From Lachnospiraceae bacterium (lineage in GTDB: Bacteria; Bacillota; Clostridia; Lachnospirales; Lachnospiraceae): 64,000 bases of DNA. The stretch spans positions 36,645 through 100,644 of the forward strand of contig JALERL010000060.1 in NCBI GenBank assembly GCA_022764465.1, given 5' to 3'. Below the pieces are notes generated by a model. The model saw nothing but the letters and a program-made list of their open reading frames with translations, did no database searches and had not been told where the DNA came from. Positions 1 through 10,050 of this stretch are shown here, piece after piece; the stretch's first letter is position 1; every line of letters starts with the position of its first letter. Position numbers and translations under genes: made by a program.

Positions 1-882
1 ATGGAAGAACTGCTCTACCTTATGCACACCCTGTAAGGTAAGGTTTACAACCTTATCCTTCTCATTTACGATAAAGTCTCCGTCCTCTTCGATCTCTACG
101 CCCATAATGGCATCCATCTTCGAAAATTCCTTCTGATCCTCACCACGTACCATCTGGCGTGCAAGGATATCGCAGGCTTCATATAATCTGGTGGACTTGC
201 CGCTCTGACCGGAAATGATCAGCGGTGTTCTCGCCTCATCAATCAGTACGGAATCGACCTCATCAATAACCGCATAGTGCAGGCCACGCTGTACTAACTG
301 TTCCTTATAGATGACCATGTTATCTCTCAGATAATCGAATCCAAGCTCGTTATTCGTCACATAGGTAATATCACATGCGTAAGCTTCCTGACGTTCCTTG
401 CTGTCCATGCCATTTAAAATGATACCAACGGTCAGTCCTAAGAACTGATGTACCTGTCCCATCCATTCCGCATCACGCTTTGCTAAATAGTCATTGACCG
501 TTACGATGTGTACACCCTTTCCCTCTAATGCATTCAGATATGCAGGCAGTGTCGATACCAGTGTCTTACCTTCACCGGTACGCATCTCTGCGATACGTCC
601 CTGATGCAGGATCACACCACCGATCAGCTGTACACGGTAATGTTCCATTCCAAGCACACGCTTTGCTGCCTCACGTACGGTTGCATATGCCTCCGGAAGC
701 AGATCATCGAGTGTCTCTCCCTCGCTTAATCTCTTCTTAAACTCTTTTGTCTTGTCTTTTAACTGTTCATCCGTCAGCTCCATCATCGCCGGACGATATG
801 ACTCAATCTTATCAACGATTGGATACACCCTCTTTAATTCACGTTCGCTGTGGGTGCCAAAGATTTTCTCAATTGCTTTCAT
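1..882 (-). CDS. secA: Preprotein translocase ATPase SecA, 5' part (runs off the window start)
   Basis: Manual translation from ATG at 882: [19 protein letters not shown]..., then the SecA motifs [25 protein letters not shown] and [20 protein letters not shown]; AGGAG RBS upstream. Confidence 0.95.
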   Translation of the reverse strand, partial: MKAIEKIFGTHSERELKRVYPIVDKIESYRPAMMELTDEQLKDKTKEFKKRLSEGETLDDLLPEAYATVREAAKRVLGMEHYRVQLIGGVILHQGRIAEMRTGEGKTLVSTLPAYLNALEGKGVHIVTVNDYLAKRDAEWMGQVHQFLGLTVGIILNGMDSKERQEAYACDITYVTNNELGFDYLRDNMVIYKEQLVQRGLHYAVIDEVDSVLIDEARTPLIISGQSGKSTRLYEACDILARQMVRGEDQKEFSKMDAIMGVEIEEDGDFIVNEKDKVVNLTLQGVHKVEQFFH

Positions 883-925
883 ATGATACTCCTATCCATT
901 ATTTTGCCGAAGCAACTATCGAATA

Positions 926-954
926 TTGTACCACTAACGCCACTTTTAAACAAT
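926..954 (-). promoter_or_regulatory. Probable sigma-A promoter of secA
   Basis: Minus strand TTGTTT-N17-TACAAT with extended -10 TG. Confidence 0.5.
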
Positions 955-1095
955 ACACAATCCCATGAACAGATTATGAATTTTTTATAAATTGCTTTTT
1001 GCGCCTTTACCTGACAGTTTTCGGGTGGTATACTTCCATGCAAGGTAAAAAATGACAGGATTCGGTCAAAAGCGAACCCGGAAAGGAATGATACA

Positions 1096-1356
1096 ATGAC
1101 TTATTCTTATAAAACAAAAGGAACCTGTTCTACACGTATTGATTTAGAGTTAGATGGAAACGTGGTAAAAAAAGTTGCCTTCACCGGTGGCTGCAACGGC
1201 AATCTTCAGGCAGTTTCGCGTCTGGTCGTTGGAAAAACAGTAGAAGAAATCGAGCAGACCTTAGGCGGCATCTCCTGTAACGGACGTCCGACCTCCTGTG
1301 GAGACCAGCTTGCACGCGCCTGCCGTGAAGCCTATAACGCAGAACAGAACCAGTAA
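1096..1356 (+). CDS. TSCPD-domain small protein (TIGR03905-like)
   Basis: YKTKGTCS...FTGGCNGNLQ...GISCNGRPTSCGDQLA signature; AAAGGA RBS. Confidence 0.85.
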   Translation: MTYSYKTKGTCSTRIDLELDGNVVKKVAFTGGCNGNLQAVSRLVVGKTVEEIEQTLGGISCNGRPTSCGDQLARACREAYNAEQNQ

Positions 1357-1364
1357 AATGTAAC

Positions 1365-1423
1365 ACCGCCAGCTTTTGGGGGGCACCTCATTTTCCACCT
1401 TCTGCTGGCGGTTTTCCTTTTTT
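1365..1423 (+). terminator. Probable intrinsic terminator
   Basis: ACCGCCAGC / GCTGGCGGT stem followed by a T-rich tract; long loop. Confidence 0.5.
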
Positions 1424-1503
1424 CTGAATTATCTGAAAATTATACTGCATTTCATCTTTTTACTGCTTTTATATTTGTTTTTATATTATTTTCAAATTAT
1501 ATA

Positions 1504-1532
1504 TTGACTTTTCTAATGTTGTCCGATATAAT
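1504..1532 (+). promoter_or_regulatory. Near-consensus sigma-A promoter
   Basis: TTGACT (1504-1509)-N17-TATAAT (1527-1532), AT-rich upstream. Confidence 0.8.
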
Positions 1533-1538
1533 GTAATC

Positions 1539-1985
1539 AACAAATGAAACAGAGATCGAAAGAAAGGGTGATTCCACCAGAAAGCGTAATTTGACTTCAA
1601 AGTCTGAGAAAGAGAGGTACAGTCCACCAGAAACGTAATTTTAAAATAACAAACCAAAATTCAGGAAAGGGAGGTACAGACCATTGCACACATAAGAATC
1701 CTTAATCACCAGAAGTAACCAGAAGAAAATATTCAGTTTCAGTTTACGGATTCAGAATCGGATAAGAAACCATGAGGCAGATCAAAAATTATGGATGGAG
1801 AATCAGATAAGATTTTCATCGTATATGATTCCAATCCAAAAGAACTCATTTGGAAGACGAAGATCAGGAGGACGGGTTTGTGAGGTGAAAAGAATATAAC
1901 CATAACAGAAAGGGATCAGTCCAATGGACAGCATAGTTTAAAGGGCATCATCAAATCGCAGGAATTGATGATGCCCTTTCTATTT
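1539..1985 (+). ncRNA. Candidate ~440-nt RNA with four purine-rich RBS-like repeats (or an array of tiny ORFs)
   Basis: Bounded by a strong promoter and a terminator; no ORF of 60 aa or more; repeats at ~1561, 1607, 1664 and 1907. Confidence 0.55.
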
Positions 1986-1986
1986 A
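1940..1986 (+). terminator. Intrinsic terminator (possibly bidirectional)
   Basis: 15-bp perfect stem AAAGGGCATCATCAA / TTGATGATGCCCTTT followed by CTATTT. Confidence 0.8.
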
Positions 1987-2028
1987 TCCTTATCTGTGTC
2001 TCATAAAATAAAGTATGTGCTTCTTTTC

Positions 2029-4137
2029 TTAGCAGAACTTCTGTGCTCCTCTTGCTAACAGCTTCTCGATGTATACACGGATCTCATTATTATCCTCCGG
2101 TAACTGGCAGCCTACAATATAGGTACCATCATCATCCGAGCAGCGGATCACATGACCATCTAACTCCGCCTGTGATGGGATTGGGAAGTTCTCGATAGAG
2201 ATCGTAATATTTTTCCCCTTTGCCTGAACAAAATATGCATCCTTTGTTACAAAAGCAAAACCGTTTGCACTGATATTATCCAACTTTCCATGGAAGACCT
2301 CTCCTGTTTCTGCAATCTTAATCGTACATGGATTCGTCAGATCCATACGTGGATATTTCCGTCGGTTCTGGATCTGTGGGCGGGAATTGAGCACTACTTC
2401 ATAGGTGCCTGCAGTCTTTGTATCCCGGATCAATACATTCTTCCAGCAGTATAATACATTACCGACTGTAACCTGAAGCTGACACTCTGTCTTGGCAGTA
2501 AGCTCTAATCTGCCATGCAGAGACAGCATAAGTCCTGCCTCTAACAGGCTCTGTACCTCTCCATGAAATTCCAGTCCACCGTGTCCTGTTTCAAGAATGA
2601 TCTTTGCCTTCATGCCCGGCACAAGATCATCCAGTCCCATAAAGCCTCCAATACCAAGTTCACACATCAGCTTCTGGATAACATCCTCGATATTATCGAT
2701 ATTGGTTGCACTTTCCTCATACTTGCTCAGCATACGCTTGCTGATCTCATCAGAGTCCAGAATACAGGCTCCGACAATATCTACAATCGATGCCACCTGC
2801 TCCATATTCGTTACAAGCTGCTGGTTAGAAGTCTCTACTTCCTTCATGGCTGTATCAATAACCTGGATATGTTCTCCAAGCTGTGCGGAATCCGCTGTGA
2901 TCTTGCTTACATTTTCTCCCGTCTGCGTTACCTTCTCTAAGGTCAGCTGGATCAGGCGAAGTGTCTCTTCAATCGAGGATGTCATCTTACCGGAGATCTC
3001 ATCTAACCGTGCAAGTGCCTCTGTGATCTGACCGGAAGATTCCTTTGTCTCGGTACTCAGGGTACGAATCTGCTCTGCAACTACCGAGAAGCCCTTTCCT
3101 GCTTCTCCGGCACGCGCTGCCTCGATCGAAGCATTCAGCGCAAGCAGGTTCGTCTGGCTCGAAATATTATCGATCGTACCGGTCTCCTGTTTTACGGTTT
3201 CAAATTCATTCTTAAATGCCTCTAAAATATGTTCCACTTCTGTGGAAAGTTCTGACATCGTACCAACGGTCTGAACCAGACTCTCCAGATCTACCGAGCT
3301 GTCCTGTGCATGTCTGCCGGACTCTGCCGTCAGTTCAACCATATTATTGATCAGGGATGCGACATTTTCTACCTGCGAACTGATATCCGTTGTCATCTCC
3401 TGTGATGAGGAGGTACGATCCTGCAGCTGCTCATTATTATCGCTTAACTTATCCATTCCCTGTACGACAACATCGGAACCATGCTTATTCTCTGTTGCCA
3501 GTTCACGGACAACGGTAATGCCGTCCATGATCGTATTGCTCGCTGTCTTTACCTGCTCTACCGTTGTGATCACGCGGCTTAAGTCCGCCTTAATACTATC
3601 TGTCAACGCACCATCGGATTCCACCAGATGATGGATTGACATAACATATCCGATATAACAGAGTATAATACAGGATACCTGAAGCTGGTAATTCTTCATA
3701 TCTGATGCAGAATTACAGCCTAAGACCATCAGGCGGTACACAATGCTTATAATGATACTTATCGTATTTGCGATACCACAGCCGATCATAAATCTCTGGT
3801 TCTTGTATAAGACCAGCAGACTGACTACCGGCAGTATATACGTAAATGCGATCGGTGATTCTGTTGTACACAACAGGAATGTATAAAAGATTCCATATCC
3901 GATCACCAGATCAAACCGGTAGCGGTCATCTGCCTTGCCCTTCACACGTAATAAAATATCTCCTGCGAAAAATGGGATCCAGCATAACAGTAAAAAGATC
4001 ACATACTGATTCGCCGGATATAATCCGTTTGACATATCTGTGCCATAATTTGCTGACAGTAAAATTGCAAATACAAGCCAGATCCGTCTTGCTTTTATAT
4101 TCGCTTTTGCCTGAAACTCTTTTTCGTCATAGTTCAT
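2029..4137 (-). CDS. Methyl-accepting chemotaxis protein with multi-pass N-terminus and C-terminal PilZ domain
   Basis: MCP hairpin [31 protein letters not shown]; PilZ motifs RRKYPR and NISANG; several hydrophobic N-terminal helices. Confidence 0.9.
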   Translation of the reverse strand: MNYDEKEFQAKANIKARRIWLVFAILLSANYGTDMSNGLYPANQYVIFLLLCWIPFFAGDILLRVKGKADDRYRFDLVIGYGIFYTFLLCTTESPIAFTYILPVVSLLVLYKNQRFMIGCGIANTISIIISIVYRLMVLGCNSASDMKNYQLQVSCIILCYIGYVMSIHHLVESDGALTDSIKADLSRVITTVEQVKTASNTIMDGITVVRELATENKHGSDVVVQGMDKLSDNNEQLQDRTSSSQEMTTDISSQVENVASLINNMVELTAESGRHAQDSSVDLESLVQTVGTMSELSTEVEHILEAFKNEFETVKQETGTIDNISSQTNLLALNASIEAARAGEAGKGFSVVAEQIRTLSTETKESSGQITEALARLDEISGKMTSSIEETLRLIQLTLEKVTQTGENVSKITADSAQLGEHIQVIDTAMKEVETSNQQLVTNMEQVASIVDIVGACILDSDEISKRMLSKYEESATNIDNIEDVIQKLMCELGIGGFMGLDDLVPGMKAKIILETGHGGLEFHGEVQSLLEAGLMLSLHGRLELTAKTECQLQVTVGNVLYCWKNVLIRDTKTAGTYEVVLNSRPQIQNRRKYPRMDLTNPCTIKIAETGEVFHGKLDNISANGFAFVTKDAYFVQAKGKNITISIENFPIPSQAELDGHVIRCSDDDGTYIVGCQLPEDNNEIRVYIEKLLARGAQKFC

Positions 4138-4234
4138 ACCGTTTCTTTTCCTCCGTTGTAAAACCTGTTTCTAGTTTATCCCCAAAACACTTTTTTTTCA
4201 AGGTAATCGTGTGAAATCCCCTGTCTGTTTTCGC

Positions 4235-6748
4235 CTATGAAAGGTCCTTTTTCTCCCTTATCAGTGTGGCTAAGACAACTGCCATGGCAAGCAGCATACA
4301 AAGCCATATTTCCGGCTGCGCCGTATCTTCTGTCCGGATTGTGGAATGCGGATGATTCCGACCATCTGTACTGCCCGTCGTCTGATCCGTTATTCCCGGT
4401 TCAGCCACCGGTAATGCAGGATTCTTTCCATCTGCGATTATTTCCTGTCCGATGTCCTTATGCTTCGTATCTTCCGGTCCGTTGTTTTCCTGTTCGGTGT
4501 CCGGATGCTTCGTATCTTTCTTCCCCGGATCCGGCTTTTCAGAAGCAGGTTCTTCCGTATCCGTGCTTCCGGGATCCGGTTTTTCGGAATCTTTTTCCGT
4601 TTCTGTTTCCCTGCCCGGATCCGTATCTGCTTTCTTCCAGATCCGGACCTCGGTTGAAAACAAAAGGCTGTGATCATATACCGAATAAACACTTATTGTA
4701 GCTTTTCCTTCCTTTTGGCCCTTGATGGTTCCATCTGCATGCACCGCCGCTATTTTTTCATCCGAAGAAGTAAAATAAATACTGTCCTCTGCTGCCCCAT
4801 CCGGATAGGTCCGCAATGCAAGCCGGATTGTTTTTCCCGGCTCACAGACCAGCTTTTTCGTACTATCTTTTAACGTCACCCGCGTTACCGGAGTCCGTAC
4901 CGTCACCGTATAACTTGCAGATATTCCGCTGCCGTCTGCAAGTGTCGCTGTAATCGTTGCAGATCCACTCTTTTTTCCGCTGACCACCCCTGCTTCATCC
5001 ACAGATGCCACCGAAGGATCCGAACTTGTCCACACAAGCTTTTTTTCTGTCGCATTCTCCGGTGTAACCGTAACAGAAAGCGGTAACGTATCTCCCTTCC
5101 AGAGATGATCCGATGCTGCCGATATGGACAATCCGGTTGCCGGAATCCGGACATCATTCGTAAATGCCTTGATCCTTGCGGACGCACCCGATGCTGCAAG
5201 ATCACTCCAGCCTCCACCGGTGTATGCAAAACTCTGTCCTGCCTGTACCTGATTCGTGAAACGGATCCAGTTTCCATTCTGATAACTAAGATCTGCGAAA
5301 TAATCTACTGCTTTGCCGGATGACTTCGATAAAGTCACAACCACGCTGAAGGTATCCCCCGCCTGTAAGAGAGGCTTTTCGTCCAACGGAACCGTATAAT
5401 ATCCGACAAATGATGTCTTTCCAGTCACCGGCTGTGTCAGAAGTGCTTCCCCGCTCGTGGGATCTGCTGCATCTGAAGGATTCCTGTAGATCTGGATGCT
5501 GTAATCCACACTGACCGCATATAACGCAAACGAAACCGCATCTAAGGTCTCAGCTCCGGCCGGAGTGTCAGATGGCACCTTAAAGACATTTGCTACCGAA
5601 CCGCCGCTTGCTACCTGATAACCGGTACTATTCGTTGCACTGTTGATATATGCTCCCGCACTTCCATCGTACTGATAGATATGCACATAATTATCTGCGC
5701 TTTCAAATGCAAAGACAAATGCCTTTGCAGAACCCTGTATTAACGCATGGTCATCATAAGAGATCCAGAAATATCCATCATCTCCCCATCCGGTTCCCAT
5801 GCTGTTTTTTGCAAGCCAGGCTCCATCGATTCCCGGATCACTGTTAAAATTACTTCTGCTGTATGTATCATTCCATCCGACAATCTGCACCGCATGGTTC
5901 ACCCGCTTGGTCTTTACTGTCGTATTATCATACCAGTCGCAGTAATACGCGTTATTTGCAGCATTATAGCAGGAATTACCATAGTACATCGAGATTGCAA
6001 CCGAGCCATGTTCCATGATCATGCGCTTGACATTCTTCTGATCTGCTGCCAGATTGATCCAGTATGCCTGCTGCAGATGCACACTGTCCGGGTAATCCCC
6101 GGTCGTCACCTCTTCATCCTCCCACTGCTCATCCGTAACATCCGCAACCGTCTGCGCAGACGCTATGCCATACCAGTCTGCCAGTCCAAAAGTCGTAAAT
6201 ACATGATTGCCTCCGACTCCGGTGTAACTGCCAAGTGGTGTTGTCGCATCTCCATCGGTATTGCCCATCTCATCCTGTGGCATATGATAAAACGCGTATG
6301 CCAGATGCTCCTCTGAGAGATCAAGTGACTCTGCATCCGGAATCTGTCCATCCACCGGCGTATTGTTCTTCAATACACTTGTCTCAGCCGTTGACACTGC
6401 ACTGTAGGTCCAACAGGTATTATCCACCTGTGTCTTTGCTTCTGTCACATATCCGTACAGACGGCTGTCATAGGCTCCCGGTATCGCAGACTGTGATGCA
6501 CCCTGCGCCATACGTCCCGGTTCCTGCTGCCCAAAAGCTGCATAGGTCTGTATGGAATCTTCATCCAGAGCCGGAACCACAATATCATCCCCGATATAAT
6601 CAGAAAATATCTCTTCCGTTACCGTCTCCGTATCTCCACAGGATGCGATTCCACTGTCCTCCGGATCCGCACGCCGGACACCGGCTGCCAGAAACATTCC
6701 CGCACACAGTGCAAAAACTGTTACGCTGCCCAAGATTCGCTTTTGCAT
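4235..6748 (-). CDS. Secreted/surface papain-like (C1A) cysteine peptidase with lectin-like and two Ig-like (Big_2) domains
   Basis: Signal peptide; Q..NTCW, NHAV and KNSMG catalytic motifs; WTSSDPSVASV Big_2 repeats; acidic Pro-rich stalk; C-terminal TM helix with basic tail. Confidence 0.85.
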   Translation of the reverse strand: MQKRILGSVTVFALCAGMFLAAGVRRADPEDSGIASCGDTETVTEEIFSDYIGDDIVVPALDEDSIQTYAAFGQQEPGRMAQGASQSAIPGAYDSRLYGYVTEAKTQVDNTCWTYSAVSTAETSVLKNNTPVDGQIPDAESLDLSEEHLAYAFYHMPQDEMGNTDGDATTPLGSYTGVGGNHVFTTFGLADWYGIASAQTVADVTDEQWEDEEVTTGDYPDSVHLQQAYWINLAADQKNVKRMIMEHGSVAISMYYGNSCYNAANNAYYCDWYDNTTVKTKRVNHAVQIVGWNDTYSRSNFNSDPGIDGAWLAKNSMGTGWGDDGYFWISYDDHALIQGSAKAFVFAFESADNYVHIYQYDGSAGAYINSATNSTGYQVASGGSVANVFKVPSDTPAGAETLDAVSFALYAVSVDYSIQIYRNPSDAADPTSGEALLTQPVTGKTSFVGYYTVPLDEKPLLQAGDTFSVVVTLSKSSGKAVDYFADLSYQNGNWIRFTNQVQAGQSFAYTGGGWSDLAASGASARIKAFTNDVRIPATGLSISAASDHLWKGDTLPLSVTVTPENATEKKLVWTSSDPSVASVDEAGVVSGKKSGSATITATLADGSGISASYTVTVRTPVTRVTLKDSTKKLVCEPGKTIRLALRTYPDGAAEDSIYFTSSDEKIAAVHADGTIKGQKEGKATISVYSVYDHSLLFSTEVRIWKKADTDPGRETETEKDSEKPDPGSTDTEEPASEKPDPGKKDTKHPDTEQENNGPEDTKHKDIGQEIIADGKNPALPVAEPGITDQTTGSTDGRNHPHSTIRTEDTAQPEIWLCMLLAMAVVLATLIREKKDLS

Positions 6749-6756
6749 GCTGTCTC

Positions 6757-7209
6757 TTACTCCTCTGTATCTTTTACAACGATCTCTCTTGCATCTAAGA
6801 TCACCTGATCGCTGCCTTCGCGCTTCAACGACAGTAACAGCTCAAAGAGCCGGTGGATCTTATCCACTAATACCGCGGATGCCTCCACTGCATAGGGTGC
6901 AAGCTCATCCAATGCAAAGAGCCGCATTGCAACCGGTGGTAAAAATACAAGGTTAATCGTTCTTGTCTGTTCCCCGGACTTTTCGATATTTTCATAGGTG
7001 ATCATACAAAAATCTGCCCCACGGAAGTTACAACTGTATGCGGTGTAACATTCATCTACCATCCAGGTCTTTCCGTCTGCCTCTACAACCGGTTTCTCTT
7101 CCTCCTTCTGATATTCGGAAGTTGCAAATTCCACCTGCCATTTCAGCTTCTCTTGCGATGTTTCTTTTATCATATCCTCTAAGGTCACACATAGATTCTC
7201 TGCTGTCAT
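6757..7209 (-). CDS. Conserved hypothetical protein (~150 aa)
   Basis: Open frame; start moved to ATG 7209 (MTAENL) because of a GAGG RBS; 8-nt gap to the peptidase gene. Confidence 0.7.
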   Translation of the reverse strand: MTAENLCVTLEDMIKETSQEKLKWQVEFATSEYQKEEEKPVVEADGKTWMVDECYTAYSCNFRGADFCMITYENIEKSGEQTRTINLVFLPPVAMRLFALDELAPYAVEASAVLVDKIHRLFELLLSLKREGSDQVILDAREIVVKDTEE

Positions 7210-7504
7210 TTTTATCCTCACTTCTATACAAATACGATACACATTCCTGATGATGTAAAAATATATCCTCACACTACAGTTATGTACAATTATACTACTT
7301 TTTTCCACGTTCGTCACCTGTTATGCATCACTTTTCCATCAAAGTACGTATACTTTTTCTTTTCTGTGTTCATACTGAAAATAACGTCTGCCGGTGCACA
7401 CCCGGCATTCAACTTCCGGATACGCCAAAAACGCATACCGAAGCAGGAATACCACGAAAAATGTGGTGCTATCTACAGACAATGTGTGCAGAAATGAGGA
7501 TATT

Positions 7505-7969
7505 ATGATACTTACACAAAAAGAAACTTCCTTACTCGAAGACATTCAAAAGCAAGAGCAGCTCTGCGTCGAAAAGTATGAAAAATGTGAATCCGAAGCC
7601 TATGATCCACAGCTGAAATCACTTTTTTCCTCCATTACCGACACGGAAAAGAAGCACCTTAACACCATAACCGACATTTTAAACGGCAATACCCCGACCG
7701 TGAATGTTGCACAGGATACCGCCAGTCTGCCGGATTCCTTCCGTCCGGTCTATGGTACACTGACCTCTGCCGAAGAAAAGGAACATGACAAGTTTCTCTG
7801 CTCCGACAGTCTTGCAACCGAAAAGCACGTTTCCTCCGTCTACAACACCAGTATTTTTGAATTCTCAGATGAGAAGGTGCGCCATGCACTAAACGGCATT
7901 CAGGCAGAGGAACAGCATCATGGCAAGATTCTCTACGATTATATGCATACCAACGGTATGTATAATTAA
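7505..7969 (+). CDS. Ferritin-like spore-coat-associated protein (CotF/coat family)
   Basis: MILTQKETSLLED..., ExxH motifs (EKKH, EEQHHG), IYDYM-like C-terminus; GAGG RBS before ATG 7505. Confidence 0.75.
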   Translation: MILTQKETSLLEDIQKQEQLCVEKYEKCESEAYDPQLKSLFSSITDTEKKHLNTITDILNGNTPTVNVAQDTASLPDSFRPVYGTLTSAEEKEHDKFLCSDSLATEKHVSSVYNTSIFEFSDEKVRHALNGIQAEEQHHGKILYDYMHTNGMYN

Positions 7970-7983
7970 TGATCCAATTGCAT

Positions 7984-8033
7984 AAAAAGACAGGACAGAA
8001 AAGCGGTTTGTGAAAAGCTTCCTGCCCTGTCTT
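7984..8033. terminator. Imperfect hairpin between convergent genes
   Basis: AAGACAGGACAG...CTGCCCTGTCTT with an A-run on the left. Confidence 0.5.
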
Positions 8034-8057
8034 ATGATTTACATATCAGCGTCCCGG

Positions 8058-8768
8058 TTAAATATAAATGATCTCGATTCCGCTGAAGCTGACCGATCCT
8101 GTGATCGTAACTACCGGTGAACCATTTGTCTGTGGGTGGTTCTTTTCCGTAATCCCTGCCAGGGATACACTCGCCCGGTCGGTAATCACGTTCCACTCTT
8201 TTGGAATATAAAGCTCCATGCCGGAAAACGAACAATGTACATTGATCTCGGCTGATCCGTTCTGGATCATGGCATTGTCAAAGTATACCTTCATTGCTCC
8301 AAAGTTACACGTTAGGTCTGCCCTGCGGAAATCATCGGAATTGATGTACTTGATGCTGGAACCAAAGGTAACACCGTAATGGATCTCACAGCCGTCTTCC
8401 TCATTTACCGTAGTCGCATGATCCTCAAATCTATATTCTTCTTTTTTCCATTTTCTTTCATGCTGCTTATGAAAAATGATATTCAGACCAATGCTTCCTA
8501 ACAATGCTGCACCAAGTACCGGCCATGGTGTGATTGCCTCTATATGCAGTTCCTTCGAAAACAGGATTGCCAGAAATGCAAGTGAAAACAACATTCCGGT
8601 AAATTCCACATGAAACAGGCTTTTCAGAAAACAGCCTGCCAAAAATACCGCAAGGACCAGTGTAAATACATTCATATCCTTCAGATAGCCCATCCGGCTT
8701 ACCAGAATAAATACGGCACCGAGAATGAAAAACAATCCCCAAAATAATTTGTCTAATTTTTTTCCCAT
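8058..8768 (-). CDS. LiaF-like membrane protein (4 TM plus DUF2154-type domain)
   Basis: FWGLFFILGA N-terminus, four TM helices, FSGMELYIPKEW motif; follows a LytTR gene. Confidence 0.8.
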   Translation of the reverse strand: MGKKLDKLFWGLFFILGAVFILVSRMGYLKDMNVFTLVLAVFLAGCFLKSLFHVEFTGMLFSLAFLAILFSKELHIEAITPWPVLGAALLGSIGLNIIFHKQHERKWKKEEYRFEDHATTVNEEDGCEIHYGVTFGSSIKYINSDDFRRADLTCNFGAMKVYFDNAMIQNGSAEINVHCSFSGMELYIPKEWNVITDRASVSLAGITEKNHPQTNGSPVVTITGSVSFSGIEIIYI

Positions 8769-8771
8769 AAC

Positions 8772-8903
8772 TTAACCTCTTTCCTCTAGGCGGTCCTTCA
8801 ACGGCTTATAGTAGCGTCTGGACACATAGACTTTCTTATATGTATTCTGAAACGAAACAATGCTTGCAGATGAGAGATCATCAATTTCTACTCTTATCTT
8901 CAT
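8772..8903 (-). pseudogene. LytTR-family regulator with a large in-frame internal deletion (43 aa remain)
   Basis: Typical N-terminus MKIRVEIDD fused directly to a typical LytTR C-terminus (...KKVYVSRRYYKPLKDRLEER); GGGAG RBS. Confidence 0.7.
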
Positions 8904-8990
8904 ATCTGCTCCCGCATTGTGCAGTTTATGCTGCTTTGTTGTTACAAATGCCATTTTAACAACTTTTTTCCCGATGTAAACTGTTTTTCC

Positions 8991-9020
8991 GTAAGCGGTC
9001 GGTTTCCGGCGGTAAGCGGT
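8991..9020 (-). promoter_or_regulatory. LytTR-type binding site
   Basis: Perfect direct repeat ACCGCTTAC-N12-ACCGCTTAC upstream of the LytTR gene. Confidence 0.75.
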
Positions 9021-9045
9021 AATGATCTGCAGGCAAACGTACCCG

Positions 9046-10050
9046 TCATTCAAATAAAAATGCACAGACCTCTTCGGCTGTCATCTGACGGATACCGCTC
9101 TCATCCGATAGAACCGTATCGCTCCACCGCATCTGTGCTGACGTATCCAGATAGTTGTGATCAACACCACACTCCGGATATCTGTTGTACCAGTCCGGAT
9201 AATAGCTGCTCATATATTTTCTGGCAAGATCTACTGCCTGGCTGTCACTGCCATCCGTATTTCTCGTTCCACTGATCCGTACTCCGGGCGGACTTGCATG
9301 CATCAGAAGGACACTGCCGTCCTCACACATGCCAAGAGACATCCAGACATGCCCCTTCATACTCATAATATCGCCTGCCTGCCAGTCTGTCACACTTCCT
9401 GCCGGAGTATAACTGCCCCAGCCATATCCTGCAAAGTTCTCTGCCATGGTCGTTGCCTTCTGCACATAGCCCATTTCCTGATCCTTCGTATGGAACACAT
9501 TATAGACCAGCCAGCCGATATAGCCGGAACAGTCTAAGCCATTATGGATCTGGTATCTCGTATTCTTATAATTATACGACGCATCCTGCGCGGCTGCATA
9601 CGACGCCCATGCCGGACTCACACCGATACTGACTGCCTCGATGCCGGCTCCGGTATCTTCCTCATTCCAGCCACCGCCCCAGATATACATCGTAGTCCCG
9701 ACCGGCTGCTTTGCTGTATAGAGCAGATTCTCCATCGACTGTAAGCCCGCCTGTGGCAGTGTATAGTCCGGTTCTTCTTCCTGCCCGGTATCGGATAGAC
9801 CGGTTTCACTTTCACTCTGCACCTCTATATCCTGTACTTCTTCACCTTGTGTCTCCGTGTCCTGCCCTGCCATATCCACTACATCTGTATCCGCAGTTTC
9901 TTCTTCCTTCGTATCCATCTTAGCAGCTTCCTGCTCCACTTCAGGGACATCTGTCTGCATCTGCGTTTCCGCATCCGTCTGTACCGACTGCTGCTTTCTG
10001 CATCCGGTAAGCAACAGTCCGAATGCCAGTAATAAGATTGTTTTTTTCAC
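9046..10050 (-). CDS. Lipoprotein with NlpC/P60-like cysteine hydrolase domain
   Basis: Lipobox LLTGC; YIWGG, GLDCSG and GHVWM motifs. Confidence 0.75.
   Translation of the reverse strand: MKKTILLLAFGLLLTGCRKQQSVQTDAETQMQTDVPEVEQEAAKMDTKEEETADTDVVDMAGQDTETQGEEVQDIEVQSESETGLSDTGQEEEPDYTLPQAGLQSMENLLYTAKQPVGTTMYIWGGGWNEEDTGAGIEAVSIGVSPAWASYAAAQDASYNYKNTRYQIHNGLDCSGYIGWLVYNVFHTKDQEMGYVQKATTMAENFAGYGWGSYTPAGSVTDWQAGDIMSMKGHVWMSLGMCEDGSVLLMHASPPGVRISGTRNTDGSDSQAVDLARKYMSSYYPDWYNRYPECGVDHNYLDTSAQMRWSDTVLSDESGIRQMTAEEVCAFLFE

Noticed and set aside
1561-1941. CRISPR array interpretation of the repeats
   Set aside because: Repeats are degenerate and unevenly spaced (46, 57 and about 240 nt apart), and no cas genes are nearby
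7385-7480. Three small hairpins upstream of the spore-coat gene as a riboswitch
   Set aside because: Stems are short, with no known aptamer consensus or expression platform
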